DNA from: Candidatus Poseidoniales archaeon
GTDB lineage: Archaea > Thermoplasmatota > Poseidoniia > Poseidoniales > Poseidoniaceae
NCBI GenBank assembly: GCA_038110525.1
Contig: JAYNJV010000006.1
Location: forward strand, 444 to 64,443
Direction of reading: 5' to 3'
Length of the DNA stretch: 64,000 nt
The notes beneath the pieces are model-generated. The model was not told the origin of the DNA. It searched no databases and saw only the letters and a program-made list of their open reading frames with translations. The position numbers were made by a program, and so were the translations under genes. Of the stretch, positions 26,534 through 35,649 are shown one piece after another (the stretch's first letter is position 1; the number at the start of each line of letters is the position of its first letter).

Positions 26534-27538
26534 ATGGGAGAACGACTATACGTAGGAATCGACTTAGGAACATATCAATCAACAGTATCTTCAAGCGCGG
26601 GTAAAACCCTCACAATAGAAACTGTTGTCGGACGACCAAAAGACCCTGTAGCACGAAACTTCCTCGGCAAGGATGTCTTGTTTGGTGATGAAGCACTCAA
26701 GAACAAGCTTGCATGTAATCTCTACCGCCCAATGGCGGCAGGTGTAGCACAAGATGACGAAGCAAACCTCGCTGCAGCAAAGGCCTTCGTTTCACACCTT
26801 ATCGAATCGGTTGACCCTGAAGATTACGACGAAGTTCTTGGTGTCATTTGCTCACCGAGCCACGTTTCATTCACTGATAAGTCAAACCTCGTTGCAACCC
26901 TACGAGGACAAGTCAACGCTATCATGGTCGTCACAGAGCCATTCGCAACTGGCTATGGAATTGACCAACACATGGGTTCAATCGTCGTTGATATCGGAGC
27001 TGGAACAACTGATATTGCTCGATTGTATGGAACCTTCCCAAGCGACGAAGACCAAGTCACCATCACCGAAGCAGGTGACTGGTTGGACCTCCAACTCCAA
27101 ACCCTCATCCAAAAGAAATACACTGGCGCTCAAGTCACAAAGGACATGGTTCGAAAGTGGAAGGAACAATCCTCCTATGTAGGTGGAGAAGTCCAGGAAG
27201 TCCTCGTCTCACTCTCAGTCGAAGGTAAGAGTCAGAAAGTCGACATTGGCGACCTCATTAAAGAAGCATGTGAAAGCATTATACCAAAGGTTGCAAATGC
27301 CATTAAGCGAATCGTTGCTGGAGCAGACCCTGAGTACCAACCTGTGCTTCGAAACAACATCATTCTCTCCGGCGGCGGCTCACTCATCGTAGGACTCGCT
27401 GACCGAATTGCCCGAGAAATCGCTGATATCGGTGATGTGTCGGTCTCTTGTGTAGAAGACCCAATTCACTCTGTTGCAAACGGTGCACTCAAACTCGCAG
27501 GTGACATGCCTGACGATATGTACACCTCAATCAACTGA
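26534..27538 (+). CDS. MamK-like actin-family ATPase
   Basis: GIDLGT (phosphate 1), EPFATGYG (connect 1), DIGAGTTDI (phosphate 2), LSGGGS (adenosine). MamK-type segments VVG.PKD, P..EDQVT...AG, PEYQ...NI, CV.DP...GAL.LA. SD-like AGGTGA upstream. Confidence 0.88.
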   Translation: MGERLYVGIDLGTYQSTVSSSAGKTLTIETVVGRPKDPVARNFLGKDVLFGDEALKNKLACNLYRPMAAGVAQDDEANLAAAKAFVSHLIESVDPEDYDEVLGVICSPSHVSFTDKSNLVATLRGQVNAIMVVTEPFATGYGIDQHMGSIVVDIGAGTTDIARLYGTFPSDEDQVTITEAGDWLDLQLQTLIQKKYTGAQVTKDMVRKWKEQSSYVGGEVQEVLVSLSVEGKSQKVDIGDLIKEACESIIPKVANAIKRIVAGADPEYQPVLRNNIILSGGGSLIVGLADRIAREIADIGDVSVSCVEDPIHSVANGALKLAGDMPDDMYTSIN

Positions 27539-27628
27539 ATCGGTTGTGGAAGTTAGGCCGAATTTTCGGCATATCGCGGCTTGAACATTGGGAAAGTTCA
27601 AGAGTGGTGGTGCATCGATAGGCTGTAT

Positions 27629-28888
27629 ATGACAATCGGCGCAGCCCCGAATGACAACGGACATGACCTTGCGTCAGCCTCCCAAGAACGAGCTGCTCTC
27701 GAAGGAATGCTCAAGGGATATCCTGTTGATCAGTTGGTTGAAGAAATCCTCGTTGCGTGGGATGAACTTGCACATCGAAACGAGGAACTGGTCGATGCAA
27801 AACAGCGATTGCGTGTTGTTGAACTCGATTTGGCTGACCGAAGAGACAGTGTTGCACCAGAACTCATACGCCTTCAAGAAATCGAAAAGCAACTTCAAGA
27901 TGCTGATGCACAAATCGTTCACCTCAAGCGATTGTTGGATGATTCCCAGGAGGAGTTGAAGGCTCAACAATCTTCAATGACACTTGAAGAGCGTGAAGCA
28001 CTTGCCAAAGAAGCGGCTGACCTTCGTGAATTGACCCAGCAACAAGACGAGATTATCGGAGAAATGGAAGGTCGAATGATGCAAATGGTGGGGGCTCTCG
28101 AACGAGCTGCAAATGCTGGGCTTACTTCAGTTACAGCCGATGATGTTCGGGCTATGAAATCCCAACTTGATGAAAGGGGGAGAGAACTTGATGCAGAACG
28201 TGCAGCAAATGAAGCATTGGAAGAGGAGCGCCAGCGTCTAAGAGATATTGCTGACCGTATGAGAGGGCTTCTCGACGCACGTGATAGGCGTCTTGCCGAA
28301 CTTGAAGAGCAATTGGAACGGGTCATGCAAGGACCTCGTTCAGTATCTGCAGAACACGATTATTTGGTGGAGCAAATCGAAGAACTCAAGCGTAGGTTGT
28401 TGGAGCGAAATCGAGAGTATGAATCATTACGAAGGCGAGAACGCCGATTGCACAACGATGTATTTGAGCGGGATGAACGCCTCCAACAAATGACACTCAC
28501 ACTCACCGATTTAGAATCTGCACTCCAAGACCGTACCGCAGAACTACGCGAACTTGAAGACCAACGTATGGTCATTGCCAATGAACTCGAATCGGCGAAG
28601 CGTGGAGAACGAACCAGAGAAGTTGTTGGACGAGCCTTTGCAGATTCGCTCACCCTCGTTCGTGGTCATGAAAGCCGTGAGTTGAAGCGAAATATGTACG
28701 CTGAAACACCTGATAAAGAACGAACGATCAAGGCTCCAAAAACCGATGATATGGCCAAACTCGCAGGTGGTGACACCATCGAACTTGAGAAGGACGAAAA
28801 GGACCTCAAGAAAGGGAAAGAAGTCGATACGGATGCTATTCCGTCGCCTGGTGGAACCGGCGAACCGGCGGTTTTCGAAGAAGATTGA
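27629..28888 (+). CDS. Long coiled-coil protein
   Basis: About 330 aa of E/R/L/Q-rich heptad sequence with few Pro/Gly and a disordered acidic C-tail; no Walker motifs. Confidence 0.8.
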   Translation: MTIGAAPNDNGHDLASASQERAALEGMLKGYPVDQLVEEILVAWDELAHRNEELVDAKQRLRVVELDLADRRDSVAPELIRLQEIEKQLQDADAQIVHLKRLLDDSQEELKAQQSSMTLEEREALAKEAADLRELTQQQDEIIGEMEGRMMQMVGALERAANAGLTSVTADDVRAMKSQLDERGRELDAERAANEALEEERQRLRDIADRMRGLLDARDRRLAELEEQLERVMQGPRSVSAEHDYLVEQIEELKRRLLERNREYESLRRRERRLHNDVFERDERLQQMTLTLTDLESALQDRTAELRELEDQRMVIANELESAKRGERTREVVGRAFADSLTLVRGHESRELKRNMYAETPDKERTIKAPKTDDMAKLAGGDTIELEKDEKDLKKGKEVDTDAIPSPGGTGEPAVFEED

Positions 28889-29698
28889 TCACTGGCAAAC
28901 CGAAAGAATCGGGGATAATGCCGCCTGAAGTTCATCAACTGAACTTGTTTCTTCGGCAAGCGTTCCTGTTACGATAAAATCCGCACCTGCTTCGATGGCA
29001 TTGATTGCATCCACTTTGGTTCGAATGCCGCCTCCGACGATGATGACAAGGTTACTGGCCTCTCTTGCTGCACGGATGAGACCTTGTGAAACAGGTTTGC
29101 TTGCGCCACTGCCTGCTTCGAGATAGAGGGTGGTAAAACCATACATTTCTGCAGCAGTAGCGTATTCAACGATGCGTTGCTCTTCGCCCTCATGAACGAG
29201 GTGTGCTCGGCCAACTTCACCTACTTTTCCTCCGGGGGCACAAACGATGTATCCCATCGAAATTGGTTCAATTCCAAATGTGCGAATGAGTGGGGCCCCC
29301 GCTGCTTGCTCGCCAATGAGAAATCGCGAATCACTCGAATTCATGAGCATCATGAACGTGATGCCATCTGCTGATTTGGCAAGGGCATTCGCACCACTTG
29401 GAAACAACACAACAGGCACATTCCATTTTTGTTCATCACCATCTGGCTTTTGACTTTCTGCAAAAATACGTAGTTCAAACGACTCTTGAATGGCTGCACA
29501 GGTAGCTTCCACTTTCTCAAAGGGAGTATCGGTTGAACCGCCGACAAAAATCATCGAACTTCCGAGGTCGACGGCGACCATGGCTCGCTGTGCTGCGATT
29601 TCGGGCTCTTGCTTGTCTGGGTCGATGAGAAGAATATGACGAGTCCCGGGTGAGGGGGACGCCATCCAATCCGCTATCGAAGCGTTTTCAAGATTCAT
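28889..29698 (-). CDS. Geranylgeranylglyceryl phosphate synthase (PcrB family)
   Basis: LIDPDKQ, FVGGST, PVVLFP, YLEAGSGA, VGGGIR, GADFIVTGT. Confidence 0.92.
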   Translation of the reverse strand: MNLENASIADWMASPSPGTRHILLIDPDKQEPEIAAQRAMVAVDLGSSMIFVGGSTDTPFEKVEATCAAIQESFELRIFAESQKPDGDEQKWNVPVVLFPSGANALAKSADGITFMMLMNSSDSRFLIGEQAAGAPLIRTFGIEPISMGYIVCAPGGKVGEVGRAHLVHEGEEQRIVEYATAAEMYGFTTLYLEAGSGASKPVSQGLIRAAREASNLVIIVGGGIRTKVDAINAIEAGADFIVTGTLAEETSSVDELQAALSPILSVCQ

Positions 29699-29827
29699 CG
29701 CACTCAAACATAGGCTGATGAAACCACGACATAGGCGTTGCGATGTTGGTTGGTTTTGTTTGCCGGTCGTTTGAGAATGTTGAAGGGGTAGTAAAATTTA
29801 TATAGTAGTGTATTTATTACACTGCCG

Positions 29828-30349
29828 ATGTACGCTAAAATGAAGAAAATATTCAACAAAAAGATGATGCCTTGGCCGAAGACGAGTTCTATGCCATATA
29901 TTCAACAATTTGTGAACCAAATATGCGAAGAATACGGTATGCAGAACATTGAAGTCAAATTTTATCCAAAATGGTTCATAGAGCAGTATTCGACAAAGGC
30001 CGTTGGAATGGCTTGGCCCATTGGATATTCCGCCGAGGATTCGATAGGTGAAGTGTGGTTTTGCACAGAATATTTCGGGTATCCTTGTGCTTCGTTTAGA
30101 CCAAAAAAACCTGTGAAAGAAGCGAGTGAAATTCAAAAAATCAGAGTAATAATCCACGAATTTGCACATCATGTTGCTTGGAAAACATACGGATATGACA
30201 TCAAAGCACATGGAAAAGAATTCAGAAAAATCAATAGATCCATCGAATCAAAGTTCGGATTTTACACCATTCCATTCTTTTATTCTATCATCAAATTCCC
30301 ACACATTTGGTTTAAACAAATGAAAAATAGTGGGGAGGTGATACAATGA
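29828..30349 (+). CDS. SprT-like/zincin metalloprotease domain protein (AT-rich)
   Basis: VIIHEFAHH (HExxH) followed by AHGKEFRKI (HG..F third-ligand motif). Confidence 0.7.
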   Translation: MYAKMKKIFNKKMMPWPKTSSMPYIQQFVNQICEEYGMQNIEVKFYPKWFIEQYSTKAVGMAWPIGYSAEDSIGEVWFCTEYFGYPCASFRPKKPVKEASEIQKIRVIIHEFAHHVAWKTYGYDIKAHGKEFRKINRSIESKFGFYTIPFFYSIIKFPHIWFKQMKNSGEVIQ

Positions 30350-30675
30350 AAAATAATGAAAATACATGGAATGAAAAAGAAATGCCGTGCAAAAATTGCA
30401 TAAATGGAAAGATGAGGGTGTGGAATCCTAAAAAGAAAATGGCAATACAATCCCCCTGTGTCAAGTGTTTTGGAACAACGACGGTAACAAAAAATGTCCC
30501 GAAATACTGCCAGTATGGAGATTGTGAGTCCGAGCCTTCTCACCAATGTGAGTCTTTCTTTTGTGATGAAGCTTGGGTGTGTTCGAAGCATTGGAAACAT
30601 GAGGAAATCGGATACGGTCAACATGGCCATGTGTGTGAAACGTGTTTTGATGAAATTGGTTCCGGTGGGCATTGA
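30346..30675 (+). CDS. Cys-rich zinc-finger protein
   Basis: CKNC...CVKC and CQYGDC...C...C...CSKH...CETC; ATGA overlap with the upstream gene; GGAGGTG SD. Confidence 0.7.
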   Translation: MKNNENTWNEKEMPCKNCINGKMRVWNPKKKMAIQSPCVKCFGTTTVTKNVPKYCQYGDCESEPSHQCESFFCDEAWVCSKHWKHEEIGYGQHGHVCETCFDEIGSGGH

Positions 30676-30677
30676 AT

Positions 30678-31628
30678 TCATCGATAGGATGATTTGAGCC
30701 ATGCACCGTGTTCATCTTGATATCGAATCGTAAACGTGGTTGGCACATCATCTGCTTGCCATTGCCAGTAGCCTTGGTCATTGAAACCCATTTGTTCATA
30801 CAATTCAGGGGTGCAATGAACGCCCGTTACTCCAAAATAAAACGCGTGGGGCACCCGTGTGGTCACACGATGTAGTCCCGCCAGATACATCGCAAGAGAT
30901 GTGATGGCGTCTTGACTTGTTGGCGCCCATCGCCATGAAACGGTTGGAAAGGGATTGTGAATTGCTTCCACAGGGGGGTCCAACCGAGGTGAAGGGGGCG
31001 TTTTTCGACCTTGTTTCAAACACCGTCGCATGAATGCTCGAATTCGATAATGGGGCCTATTTCGGTATGGTTTTTTGAGCAGATAGGTTTGTTCGTATTT
31101 GTACAAGGTCTCTTTGATTGCGTCCCAGGTTGATTTGAACATACAATACGAAACGAAGTGACGATTGGTGAGTTCAATTTCATCAAGATGTTGTTGAAAT
31201 TCTTCTTTCGAGCCATTTTCCACATTCCAGACTTGGACTGTTCCAATATCGTTGTATTGACTTGCCCAATCCGCGAGACGGAGTAACGTCGTCAAAAATG
31301 TCGCGTTTAATTCAATGTCATCTTCAACCAGAATCATCCGGTCATAACCGTGTTCATCAAAAATTTCTCTTCTCGCAGAAATGAGTTGGCGACCGACACC
31401 GAAGTTCTCGTTCCGCGCTATGATCTTAACATAGGGAAGACCACTTTCGACGATGACTTCTGTCAGTTCATCTTGCTGACTTCCTTCTCCACCATCTAAA
31501 AAATGGAAAACGTCAACGTCCTTGCTTTGAACTTCGGGGCAGGCTCCAAGTGATGCGAGCATTCTCAAAAAATGGTCTGGACGACCAAAGCCGAATGTGG
31601 CTACTGCAGTTCGCATTGACCCGCTCAA
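30678..31628 (-). CDS. GT-A fold glycosyltransferase
   Basis: FGFGRPDHFLRMLASL, FLDG, RNENFGV, ILVEDDI (DxD-like). Confidence 0.75.
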   Translation of the reverse strand: MSGSMRTAVATFGFGRPDHFLRMLASLGACPEVQSKDVDVFHFLDGGEGSQQDELTEVIVESGLPYVKIIARNENFGVGRQLISARREIFDEHGYDRMILVEDDIELNATFLTTLLRLADWASQYNDIGTVQVWNVENGSKEEFQQHLDEIELTNRHFVSYCMFKSTWDAIKETLYKYEQTYLLKKPYRNRPHYRIRAFMRRCLKQGRKTPPSPRLDPPVEAIHNPFPTVSWRWAPTSQDAITSLAMYLAGLHRVTTRVPHAFYFGVTGVHCTPELYEQMGFNDQGYWQWQADDVPTTFTIRYQDEHGAWLKSSYR

Positions 31629-31659
31629 AGGGTATCACCTCATGAGGATGATGATGAAA

Positions 31660-31941
31660 TCAAATCAACATCATGTCTTCAATCAAGTGTTCAGCAACTT
31701 CGCTACGGGGAAAGAAAATTGCAGTAAAAGCTGCAAATGATTTCAATCCCTCAAGGACGATAAAGGAAGGTTCGCCAAGCGAAATGGCCCGAAGCATCAA
31801 TAAAAAGGAGCCAGCTCCAAAGGCGAACAAATACACTTTGCTTTTCGAGTCAATTCGTCCTCTCATCTCGAGAATAAGTGCCCCTGCGGCAAGAACCATA
31901 CCGATGATGGCGAGTATTGGAGTGAATGTTGTCATTGTCAT
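31660..31941 (-). CDS. Small membrane protein (3 TM)
   Basis: Three hydrophobic segments; divergent from the ABC exporter. Start placed at MTMTT. Confidence 0.6.
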   Translation of the reverse strand: MTMTTFTPILAIIGMVLAAGALILEMRGRIDSKSKVYLFAFGAGSFLLMLRAISLGEPSFIVLEGLKSFAAFTAIFFPRSEVAEHLIEDMMLI

Positions 31942-32038
31942 GGTTTTATTTTTACACCGTAATAGTATAAAGTTTCCTTTGGATTGCTCTTTCACATCAA
32001 AAGAACATGTTCTCATACAATAAGCCGGAGGAGGGGTT

Positions 32039-33808
32039 ATGTCAAGCGAAGGGTCTTTGCGCAGGCTCCTCGCATACATGCGGCCTCACCGTTCCACAAT
32101 TCGCTTGGCAGCATTTTGTTCTGTGATGAACAAATTTTGGGACCTTGCCCCTCCACTTCTGATTGGCGTTGCTGTTGATGTGGTGGTCAAAAAAGAGGAC
32201 TCGTTTATGGCGTCCTTTGGATGGACTGACCCTTGGACTCAGTTGCTTATCCTTGGTGTGCTGACCTTCATTATTTGGAGTTTGGAATCCATCTTTGAGT
32301 ACATCTTCGGACTCTTATGGAGAAATTTAGCACAAACCGTTCAACACGACTTGCGAAATGATGTGTTTTCTCATGTGCAACGGCAATCGTTATCGTGGTT
32401 TGATGATCAAGAAAAAGGAAATTTGCTGGCCATTCTCAACGACGATATCAATCAACTTGAACGGTTTCTCGACAAGGGTGCGAATGATTTGATTCAAGTC
32501 ACGACCACGGTCATTGTTGTTGGTGCTGTCTTCTTCACACTCTCATGGCAAGTTGCAATTTTTGCAATTGTCCCTATTCCGTTTATTCTCCTTGGTTCGT
32601 TTCGATACCAAAAGAATCTCGAGCCACGCTACAAGAAAGTAAGAGATGCTGCTGGCTCCCTCAATGCTCTGCTTGAAAATGACCTCTCTGGTATGACAAC
32701 CATTCAAGCCTTCACCGCCGAGCGATATGAACAAGATCGGGTGCGAGAAAAGAGTGAGGAATATCGAAGTGCAAACAAAGATGCTATACGGTTCTCGGCT
32801 GCATTTACTCCCCTGATTCGAATGCTTATCCTCGTTGGGTTTACTGCAACCCTTCTCCTTGGTGGTTGGCTCACCCTGCAAAACCGAATGGAAGTAGGAG
32901 AATACTCGGTTTTGGTCTTTATGACTCAGCGGTTGCTTTGGCCGCTCACGCGACTCGGTGAAACATTTGACCTCTATCAGCGCGCTATGGCATCTTCCTC
33001 AAGAATCCTTAACCTTCTTGCAGCCCCGATTGCCCTCGAAGAAGGGGATTTTGCCCCGCAAAGAGATGTTGCAAAAGAAGGCGAAATTCGGTTCCAGTCG
33101 GTTGGATTCCAGTACCCTGGTAGGGACCCGTTATTTGCAGGTCTTGATTTGACGGTGGATGCAGGCAAAACCCTTGGCGTTGTTGGTATTACGGGAGCAG
33201 GAAAGACCACGCTCGTTCGCCTTATTCTCAGGTTTGCCCAACCAAATCAAGGCTCAATTTTGTGGTGTGATCAATCTCTTTCAGATTGGTCCCTTCAATC
33301 ATTGCGACAAAACATCGCCCTTGTCGAACAGCATGTCACATTATTTCCAGCAACCATCGAAGAAAATATTCGATATGGGAAACTTGATGCTACGTTTGAA
33401 GAAATTCAACACGCTGCTGGTGTTGCAGAAGCCATTGAATTCATCGAAGGCTTACCTCAGGGCTGGCAGACCTTTGTCGGCGAGGGTGGCCATCGATTGA
33501 GTGGAGGGCAACGTCAACGTATTGCCATTGCGAGGGCGGTGCTCAAAGATGCCCCACTGCTCATTCTCGATGAAGCCACCTCTGCTGTCGATAACGAAAC
33601 CGAAGCGGCCCTCCAACGCTCGCTTGCTAAGATTTCGACGGGGCGAACAACGGTGATTATCGCCCATCGGCTTTCTACAATACGTCACGCCGACCGCATC
33701 ATCGTTCTCGACCAAGGGGTTGTTGTTGAGGACGGAACGCATGATGATTTGGTCCCTCTCGGTGGACATTATGCGGCCCTTTGGAAAGTTCAAACGGGTG
33801 AACGCTGA
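32039..33808 (+). CDS. ABC exporter, fused permease/ATPase (MsbA-like)
   Basis: TM domain plus GITGAGKT, LSGGQRQR, ILDEATSAVD, IAHRLST. Confidence 0.95.
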   Translation: MSSEGSLRRLLAYMRPHRSTIRLAAFCSVMNKFWDLAPPLLIGVAVDVVVKKEDSFMASFGWTDPWTQLLILGVLTFIIWSLESIFEYIFGLLWRNLAQTVQHDLRNDVFSHVQRQSLSWFDDQEKGNLLAILNDDINQLERFLDKGANDLIQVTTTVIVVGAVFFTLSWQVAIFAIVPIPFILLGSFRYQKNLEPRYKKVRDAAGSLNALLENDLSGMTTIQAFTAERYEQDRVREKSEEYRSANKDAIRFSAAFTPLIRMLILVGFTATLLLGGWLTLQNRMEVGEYSVLVFMTQRLLWPLTRLGETFDLYQRAMASSSRILNLLAAPIALEEGDFAPQRDVAKEGEIRFQSVGFQYPGRDPLFAGLDLTVDAGKTLGVVGITGAGKTTLVRLILRFAQPNQGSILWCDQSLSDWSLQSLRQNIALVEQHVTLFPATIEENIRYGKLDATFEEIQHAAGVAEAIEFIEGLPQGWQTFVGEGGHRLSGGQRQRIAIARAVLKDAPLLILDEATSAVDNETEAALQRSLAKISTGRTTVIIAHRLSTIRHADRIIVLDQGVVVEDGTHDDLVPLGGHYAALWKVQTGER

Positions 33809-33889
33809 TCAATGGACTCCAACATTTTGATAATGCCAACCAATTTCAACTCAAATCCTATGATTGAAATCATTGAAAGTGCGGCTTTT

Positions 33890-34795
33890 TTATGCGGGTT
33901 CGATGATGAGTTTGGAAGGATATGTCACTAGTTTATGAGTTGCACCTTCGTGGCCCCAATGTAACATTCCAGGTCCTATGTGACTCCAATACTTTGTTTG
34001 GAATGGGTCTTCACAATTGTATTCTGTAAAAATGGGATGCTCTTCAAGGAAAAATATGACAATCTTTCTTCCTTGTCCTATGAGAACTTTTTTGCCGTCA
34101 AGCAACGCTGCTAGGAAAAAATCTGTCGAGACCCAGGTATTTGGCGGCATCTCTCCTTCATGTTCGGGGACCATATCTTCTGTCACAAGGGCTATTTCAT
34201 CATCTATCCAACATACATATCCATCTTTTTCTATTAGGTTTGGATGGAGTGCCACAACAGTGTATTCATGCATTTTAACGGGTATGAATTGGCCCACAGG
34301 CACCTTTCCCCCATGAGCAAGCAACCGATCGATTGCAATGTCTGTTGTCTTTCTTGAAAAATTTGAAAAAGTTCGACCTGTCCTCTTGTTTAAAATGTAA
34401 ATCTTGTTATTTACGACCTCAAAAATCGAGTATGCAGATTTTCCTGAGTACGAGCGGTAGACCGATTTGTGCTCAAGATAAATGTTGGCTCTATGTTCAA
34501 GGGTATTCCAAAACTCTTCCTTCGAAATCTTAATTTTTACTCCGTCCGAGCGGAGTTGTTCAAGTTCTCTTTGAAGCATATTCCGTTTGGCCAAGATTTG
34601 TTCAAGTTCAGCGTTCGTGTTAGTAAGCTCTGCTAATTTCATGTTAATCATCTCAATTTTTGGATCGAGAGGTTGCTTTTGCTTTGCAAAATTATGGATA
34701 GCATCTTTGATGAGTTGGCTTCGAACTCCAGATGGAATTGTTTCCCAAATTTTTAGACTGGTATCGTTTAGCCAGATGTTTACTTTTTTTCCCAT
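33890..34795 (-). CDS. Hypothetical AT-rich protein with N-terminal ribbon-helix-helix-like segment and coiled coil
   Basis: MGKKVNIWLNDTSLKIWETIPSGVRSQLIKDAI fits the beta-alpha-alpha RHH pattern; heptad region follows. Confidence 0.6.
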   Translation of the reverse strand: MGKKVNIWLNDTSLKIWETIPSGVRSQLIKDAIHNFAKQKQPLDPKIEMINMKLAELTNTNAELEQILAKRNMLQRELEQLRSDGVKIKISKEEFWNTLEHRANIYLEHKSVYRSYSGKSAYSIFEVVNNKIYILNKRTGRTFSNFSRKTTDIAIDRLLAHGGKVPVGQFIPVKMHEYTVVALHPNLIEKDGYVCWIDDEIALVTEDMVPEHEGEMPPNTWVSTDFFLAALLDGKKVLIGQGRKIVIFFLEEHPIFTEYNCEDPFQTKYWSHIGPGMLHWGHEGATHKLVTYPSKLIIEPA

Positions 34796-34826
34796 AGTAA
34801 AGGCGAAGAGGTGGGCCAATATAAAC

Positions 34827-34850
34827 ATAACCCCATGATAGTGGGGTTAT
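34827..34850. promoter_or_regulatory. Perfect 9-bp inverted repeat, candidate operator
   Basis: ATAACCCCA-TGATAG-TGGGGTTAT next to a TATA-like TTTATA (minus strand) about 30 bp upstream of the RHH-like gene. Confidence 0.5.
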
Positions 34851-35057
34851 AGATTTAAGTCACGCTAGATTATATTGTCATTTGTAAATTGGTTCGAAAG
34901 TAATTGGATGGGGGTTGGAATGATAATCATTCATTTTTACACAATTCCAATGGGTTGTAATATTTGAAAACAAAAATCGTCTATGGCCGATTTGTCATGT
35001 ATTTTTAGAATCTTGGAATTTGGTAGTTTTCAAATACTGACGATAATAGGACATTGT

Positions 35058-35318
35058 GTGTCTGACGAAAAAACGATTCGAAAGTTGAAGAAACTCGCTA
35101 AGCGAATTCACACACAAATGGAGAGTGTAAAGGACACCATGGAAGACCTTGAAATTGAATTTGAGGTGCTCAATCAACTCATCAACCGACTTGAAGGAAA
35201 GGCTGTTCAAACACCATCGACTGAAGTTGAGGAAGGCGATGACGAATTCGAGGATTTGGATTTAGAAAACAGCTCAACGACGAGCACCGTCAATCCAAAT
35301 ACGCCTAAAAAATTCTAA
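35058..35318 (+). CDS. Small coiled-coil/acidic hypothetical protein
   Basis: GTG start MSDEKTIRKLKKLAKRI...; heptad helix then acidic tail. Confidence 0.6.
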   Translation: MSDEKTIRKLKKLAKRIHTQMESVKDTMEDLEIEFEVLNQLINRLEGKAVQTPSTEVEEGDDEFEDLDLENSSTTSTVNPNTPKKF

Positions 35319-35649
35319 TCATAGGGTGCGTGTCCTGTAATACGTACGTGTTGGTCGAGTGATTTTTGCGTTGTGAAGCCAATTGAACATGTCCAACATT
35401 TGAAGTGCTGCTGCTGGCTTTTGTGTGTGTTCAATTGGTCTTTTGAGTCAAACGATTCTTGACAAACCAAACAATCGTAGGACATAATTTTGAAGAAGTG
35501 GCCACAAACTTAGTTCTTTTGATTTCCAAAAGAAAATTTGGTTCGTTTTCTCTTCATTGCTTTTCTGTCACCTTTTTTTCTTCATGTTCCGACCGTAGGA
35601 AAAAAACCGTCGTTTAAGTACTCCCCGAATAGTAGAACATTTGAGAACC

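Noticed and set aside
26534-27538. Magnetosome island
   Set aside because: Only the MamK-like actin is present; no mamA/B/E/M/Q-like or iron-transport genes nearby.
27629-28888. SMC/Rad50 assignment for the coiled-coil protein
   Set aside because: No Walker A/B, signature motif, hinge or zinc hook.
29790-35320. Integrated provirus or transposon spanning the AT-rich genes
   Set aside because: No integrase, transposase, capsid or terminal repeats; ordinary host genes are interspersed.
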